A DNA stretch of 64,000 nt from Amoebidium appalachense (Eukaryota; Protista; Ichthyosporea), in NCBI GenBank assembly GCA_963693365.1, contig CAVNZM010000005.1, positions 1,984,001 through 2,048,000 of the forward strand, written 5' to 3'. The first letter of the stretch is position 1. The number at the start of each line of letters is the position of its first letter. Below, in pieces: positions 56,598-64,000 of the stretch. The notes beneath the pieces are model-generated. The model saw only the letters and a list, made by a program, of their open reading frames with translations, had not been told where the DNA came from and made no database searches. Made by a program: the position numbers and the translations under genes.

Positions 56598-56817
56598 GGG
56601 GGGTTGCAAAAGGGGGGAGGGGGGGGGGGGGGGTTAGACAATATAGCTTAGCCCAATCGATTGTACTTTCTTCAGCAATCCCTGCGTCGCAGACAAGGAA
56701 AGTGTCCGAGTTCGTGAGACCCCACTACAAGCTTTATAAATCTCTCCTATGTCCCCTAAGCAGCCTGACTCCCTGGAGTGAGAGAAAGGGTGTGTCTGTC
56801 TGCCTGTCTGTCTGTTC

Positions 56818-56854
<37 letters not shown>

Positions 56855-58680
56855 GTGTGTATATGTCCGTATGACGGTGTGTGTTCATGTGTGTGTGTGT
56901 CCGTGTCACGGTGTGTGTTTGTAAGGGGGAATAAAACGTTGTTGTTTAAGGGGGAGGGGGAGGGGGTTGGGGGCGGGGGGGTTGGCTATGACTCACCATG
57001 ACCAGCCTAGCCAGGACCAGCTTGACCTCGCCCAGTGCCAGTCTGTAGCCCAGACACATCTTGGGCCCACAGCCAAACGGCAGAAACGCCTCCTCCCTCT
57101 TGCTGTCTGCCTCCTGTGGCCCCATAAAATTCGGGTTATACACCTTGCCCTGCACATCCCCCCCTTCCCCCCTCCCCCCCCCCTCCCCCCCCCCCCCTCC
57201 CCCCCCCTCCCCCCCCCCTCCCTCCCCCCTCCCCCTTCCCCCCCAACTCCCAGCCCCCCTCACCAGACCTACTAAGCCCCACAACACACACACCCGGTTC
57301 AAAACCACCCTGTTTATATGTATACCCCCCTCCCCACAACACCCACAACATCACAATTCCGAAAGAAAGCCCCTTGCAAACTTGCAAAGAAAACTCCCCT
57401 CGAAGCCTCACTCCAATCCCCCCCCCCCAGTTGCTACAAGCCCATTTGCATCCACACAGCTACAAAGTGGCGTTGATTCGCATCACAGATTCATAAGTCC
57501 ATGCACGAGTACCAAAAGGGGATCGGGGGTAGGGAAGGTGGGGTTACCAGCCAGCGGGTCGGGTCGAAGGTGTCCGGGTCGGCATAGTGGGCCGGGCTTC
57601 GGTGCACGGCATGCACATTGACCATCAGTCGGGTGCCAGAGCTCACCTTGTAGCCGCCAACAGAGCAGTCGGTGCTGATGTCACGGCCCCTGAGGTTTAG
57701 CGTTATGTCAGTTATGGTAGGTGGATGCAAGGAAGCACAAGGAGCACATGTAGCGTACATGTGTTTGTGTGAGGGTGTGTGCGTGTGTAAGTGCGTGTGT
57801 GTGTTACGCGTAGAGGGGGTGCCTGTGTTTGTACTTCTGTGTGCCGATGTGTCCGGACGTCGTGTCTGTATAGTTTGTGTTCTGTTGTGTGTGTGGTGTG
57901 TGTGTGTGGGCGCGATGATTATGTTTATGTGTCCAGCCATTATGTGTATATGTGCACTCGTGTGCCTGTGGGTGTGTGCTTGCGTAAGCACGTGCACCTA
58001 CACCTACATGATAGCAATGGGTGGATACATCCTCAGGGTCTCCTTGACTACCCCCTCAAGCAGCTGCATCTCCTGTAACTGTTCGTACGTGGGGGGTGCC
58101 CCATTGGTAGTTGCAGAGGCAACCTCCTCCTGGTTGGGTGAAAAGAGCATGATAAGCGGCCAATAGTATACTAGGGTTAGAGCTGCACACTTGGTATAGG
58201 GGGGAGGGGGGAGGTCTAGGGGAAAATCTTGCTGTTGTAATGTGAAGTTGGTCTGTGTGAGGACGGCAGGGGGGAACAAGGGTGTGGGAGGGCTGGGATG
58301 GCCGGGGAAGGGGGGGGGGGGGGGGGGGGGGAGGGGGGAGGGACCGGGAGAGACGGGGGGAGGTGGGAAAGAACCTTAGGCAATCGTTTTACAGTGCATT
58401 TACCGATAAGAGGCTGCAAGTTAGCACAGACAACACGTAGGCCAATTACCTTTAGGGCCAGCAGGGTGTCCCTGTGTTTGGCGAGCATGTAGATGGCCGT
58501 CATCAGGGCTGCTGACGTGGTGCTGTAGCCGGCCAGATAGAACTGGAGTATCTCGTCCACTATCTCACTGTCACTCAGCCCACATTCGCCCGTGGCAGAC
58601 TCGCTCACACGTGTCTGGAGCATGATGTCGACCTGTGTTGCGTAAAGGAGGGAAAGGAGGTTAGGTTGGGGAGAGGGTGG

Positions 58681-58711
<31 letters not shown>

Positions 58712-60995
58712 ATATAAGGGACGGTTAGGTTGGGAAGGGGGCATGTAATGTATTCAAGGGCAAACATAAAAAATCTACAAGTAGAGGATTCCCAAAAAGC
58801 GTAAACAAGAAAGTGAGACAGGTTTTTATACGCACGATGAAAAGCGAAAAAGAAAAGCCGACAGGAGCAAAGTGAACAAGCGATTTGCGAAGTTCCAACA
58901 AAGTCTATAGATGAGCCGCAGGTATGCACTTACCATATCAGGCAGGTGGTCCTTGGCCACAGGGAGGGGCATACCGCAACTATCTACTCTCTCTTTCAGT
59001 ACGGCTGTGGCCATGTCTTTGGCCTTTGCAATGGCCTCCCTCCACTCCCCCTCATCCTTAAACACCTTCCAAAGGAGAGGGTAAGGAAGGGGACTCCGTC
59101 TAAGAACCCCCACTCCGAGTTTTTCGATGTATTTTTGCTGGTCAGCCGTGCTGGAACCACCCTTGTTGAGAGTCATCTGTAGTGTTCGAGGGAAGAGAGG
59201 TGGGCAAGGCGGGTGGTGGGGAGAGGACAAGATATGCCGGGAGAAACCGGGGGGGGGGGGGGGGGGGGGGGGTTGTCAGCATCTAGTATTTGTTTTCTCA
59301 AGTTAAACCACTTGCCCTTCCCTTTCCATCAAACACCCTCTCTTTCGTTGTTGCACTACCACTTGTTTCCTTTTTGACCTCCCTTACCCTTTTCGTACCC
59401 CCTCCCCCCCCCCCCCCCCCCCCCCCCCCCCACCCGCCACCCCCACCCTAACCCCCACCCCCTGCGCGCCTTCCTCCCCTCCCTCCCCACCTCAAGTTCC
59501 GCTGCAGAACCCCGAACTTACGGCCAAAACACTAAGCTCAGCAAGGAAAACGATATCTGGGGGAAGAACAAGAAACAAAAAAACCAACATACCAAGCGGT
59601 TTATCAAACAACCACAAGGCGAAAATAACCCCATGCCCATGTATAGGTACCCACCCTCGTGATCAGACGGGACGTGATATCTCTGCTGCCAGACACCAGC
59701 TCCACTCCCTCGGCACTCTCGGCCCATTGACCAATCACATCGTCCATCTCCCTGTTGAAAGGCAACGAGGGGGAAGGGGGAAGGGGGGGAGGTGGGGGAG
59801 GGGGGGGGGGGAGGGGGGAGGGGGACGAAGTTAAGCGAGGAATCCGGAAACAGGGAACGTTTTGCCAAGTACCTCGGTATGCTCTCTGTCAATAACTCCC
59901 TTTCCGTGTGTTCCCCCAACCCCTCAACAACAATAACTGTCACAACAAACACCTAAAACAATATGGTAGGTGTTCTTTTGCAGTCTCTGTGCATTGGAAT
60001 GAAACCATGCAGAAAGTTGGAGCCCGAACAAATCCCCTTATTCATTTCTTTCCACTTCTTGCACAGTCTTCAGACCCTTACGAGCGCTTGGGTTTGGTAA
60101 ACATTGGCTGTTAATCCCAACAGCAACACCCAACGCCACACAAAACTTTCACTCTTACCCATAAAACATGCATGTTTGTGTTCAAATTTGAACAAGAATT
60201 GCACCCTACCCGTTCATGATGTCATGAAAGTGCCTCATTTGCTTCGTCGAGAAGACGGGTGCAAGCAGTCTCCTGTGGCGCTTCCACAGGTCTCCCTCCA
60301 ACACCACCATGGCGTACTCCGCCATCTCTCGGAAAACCTTTGCACCTGCCTTTGTGAGGGAATAAGTCTCGGGGTGATTGAGAATAGCTCGCGCAATTTT
60401 AGGGTCAGAAACGATGAGAATGCTGTGGTGTAGCATAGGCACGTAGAAGATGGCACCTAGCTCTTGAACGAACAACGTGAGAATGTTCTGAAGTTGGCCC
60501 GAGAGTGCCCATGTCTGCCACTGGCGGTGAAGGCCTACAACCTAAGTGGCATGGGGAAAATGTTAATGGTCAGTGGGAGAAAGGTGGGCGAACCCTTTTA
60601 TATTTAATGCAACACAGATTCAAAGGAAAATCCCAGCGCTTTTCTCCCACTAGCTGGGCTAATTGAACAGAATATAGACAATATAAAGATTAATGGAAAT
60701 ATATGTGCAAGGTGCAGTTCATATCCTTACCCAGTTTTTGACGTGTGGATGTGGGAGAATGCAACACAGATTCAAAGGAAAATCCCAGTGTTTTTCTCCC
60801 AACTAGCTGGGCTAATTGAACAGAATATAGACAATATAAAGATCAATGGAAATATATGTGCAAGGTGCAGTTCATGCATATCCTTACCCAGTTTTTGACG
60901 GGTGGATGTGGGAGAGACGGGTCGACGGTGGGCCTGCGAAATGCTCGCCATGCCAACAACGCCGCCACAACCAAGGCAAGAAACCCGGCCAACAT
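56339..60995 (-). CDS. Microsomal cytochrome P450, 10 exons, about 523 aa
   Basis: Exons (minus) 60995-60888, 60541-60210, 59751-59655, 59556-59533 (micro-exon, boundary uncertain), 59176-58934, 58632-58450, 58129-58008, 57689-57548, 57149-56997, 56506-56339. N-terminal anchor and Pro-rich hinge, WKRHRRLLAPVF (C-helix), FYLAGYSTTS (I-helix), KETLRMYP (ExxR), FDPTRW (PERF), FGCGPKMCLG (heme Cys). Confidence 0.93.
60606..60914. repeat. About 155-bp tandem duplication spanning the CYP exon 1 / intron 1 boundary
   Basis: 60606-60757 and 60758-60914 are near-identical. Both contain the last 27 nt of exon 1 and the GTAAGG donor. Confidence 0.92.
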
Positions 60996-61869
60996 GTTTG
61001 GCGAAGAAAACTATATGGGTTCCAAAAACTTTGTTAATTTTGGGGTTATTGAGTATTGATGCTGATGAAGAAACTTGTGAAAACCAACTTTTTATGGTTG
61101 TGGTCCATAAATTCCGGTCCAACGTACTCGCTACAGAAGGAAAAATAAAGAGCGTAGTTTATGTAACTGACGAAAAAATCTGGCAACTTCGTGCTTTTTA
61201 TAGTTGGTTGGAGTTCAAGTTGTTTATAAACTGCCAATCATCTGCTACTTGTCGAGATCTACAGCAGGGCTTGAACCATTATCAAGGTTATTGAAGGCCA
61301 CGCAGCTGCATCCTTATGTTACCTACACGACGAAAAGTACAATCGCCTTTATACTACATAGTGTCCAGCCAAAGAATTCTATCGCCATCATAATACATTT
61401 ATTAACTTCCAAAGCGCTGATATCATAAACTAATATAGGCGTATTGCGCTTCCATCATTTGCCTGCTGGTGAGACCCCATCGTTAATTGATAATTTATAG
61501 ACGGCTATTCGCTACTATCAAAGTTTACGGGAATTTGAATTTCTTGGCTCAGTTACTGTAGGTTCGTCGAGGTCAAATAAATCTATAGGTATATATATAA
61601 TAATTTATATATATGTTTTGTAAATATACATATACGTGTGTGTCTGTGTGCTTTTGTGGGTGTATATTTTCTCGCTTCAAAGCTCTTAAATGCTATAATA
61701 TGGGAGTACTGTTGACCTGGTGATCACATGTACAGCTCGACATCCACGTCGACGATATCCTCCCCCGGAATCGTGCTATGTTCCCAAGAGCTTTCCGAAC
61801 CCTGGTCAATTCAAAAAAAAAAAAAAAAATCAAAACAAAAAAAAACAAACAATGTAAACAAGGTAAATT

Positions 61870-61945
61870 GTTCTGATTGGACTGCCAGTTGGAGTCAGTC
61901 TCAGATCGAATGACGTCACAACAGCATTAAGATGTGACGTCACTG
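61870..61945. promoter_or_regulatory. CCAAT box plus two perfect CRE palindromes upstream of EMC1
   Basis: ATTGG at 61876-61880; TGACGTCA at 61911-61918 and 61935-61942, about 200 bp before the EMC1 ATG, in the divergent CYP/EMC1 interval. Confidence 0.55.
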
Positions 61946-62124
61946 TTTGCGCAAACCCTCAAATTAGTCTGTTGTTCTATTTTTGGTATCCGTTCTGAAG
62001 AGTTTCAAAGTTTGTAAAGTTTGTTGCCAGACTGCCAGATCCAGTTATTTACTGTGTGCACCGTATATTGTATATATTATTTTTTTGTTATTTGTGGCGA
62101 GAGCTGCAACATAAGCCCGGCGTC

Positions 62125-63908
<1,784 letters not shown>

Positions 63909-64000
63909 GTATGTAAACAACCCCCCCCCCCCCCCCCGGCGGATACTTCAGGAAAAAAAGGAAAAAAATGAAAAACAAAGTACCAAACACACACACACAC

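Overview
Eukaryotic, intron-dense genomic DNA. It is inferred to come from a unicellular holozoan-type or protist genome, possibly ichthyosporean-like, but the sequence alone cannot establish this. Introns are filled with poly(C)/poly(G) runs and (CA)n/(TG)n microsatellites, so most of the supplied ORF track is low-complexity noise. Splicing by hand gives nine genes: DDB1 3' part (+), RPL18 (-), a GT32/DXD glycosyltransferase (+), a 22-exon mitochondrial-type pyruvate carboxylase (-), SENP8/NEDP1 (+), DNAJB12/14 (-), PGGT1B (+), a cytochrome P450 (-) and EMC1 5' part (+). Two decayed genes lie between PC and SENP8: a GT29 sialyltransferase-like pseudogene (+) and a TLDc pseudogene (-). All 11 loci alternate strictly in strand. 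Most interesting signals: (1) a short interspersed repeat whose copies share a 3' end, are variably 5'-truncated, and sit between poly(C) runs in sense orientation in introns, a candidate poly(C)-tailed or poly(C)-targeting retroposon; (2) an apparent splicing code in which weak 5' splice sites are followed directly by poly(C) and some acceptors are (CA)n-AG with distant branch points; (3) two GC-AG introns, one with a very non-consensus donor; (4) a perfect 67-bp inverted repeat at the SENP8 promoter; (5) a hairpin-masked candidate poison exon in RPL18. All coordinates and counts were derived by hand.
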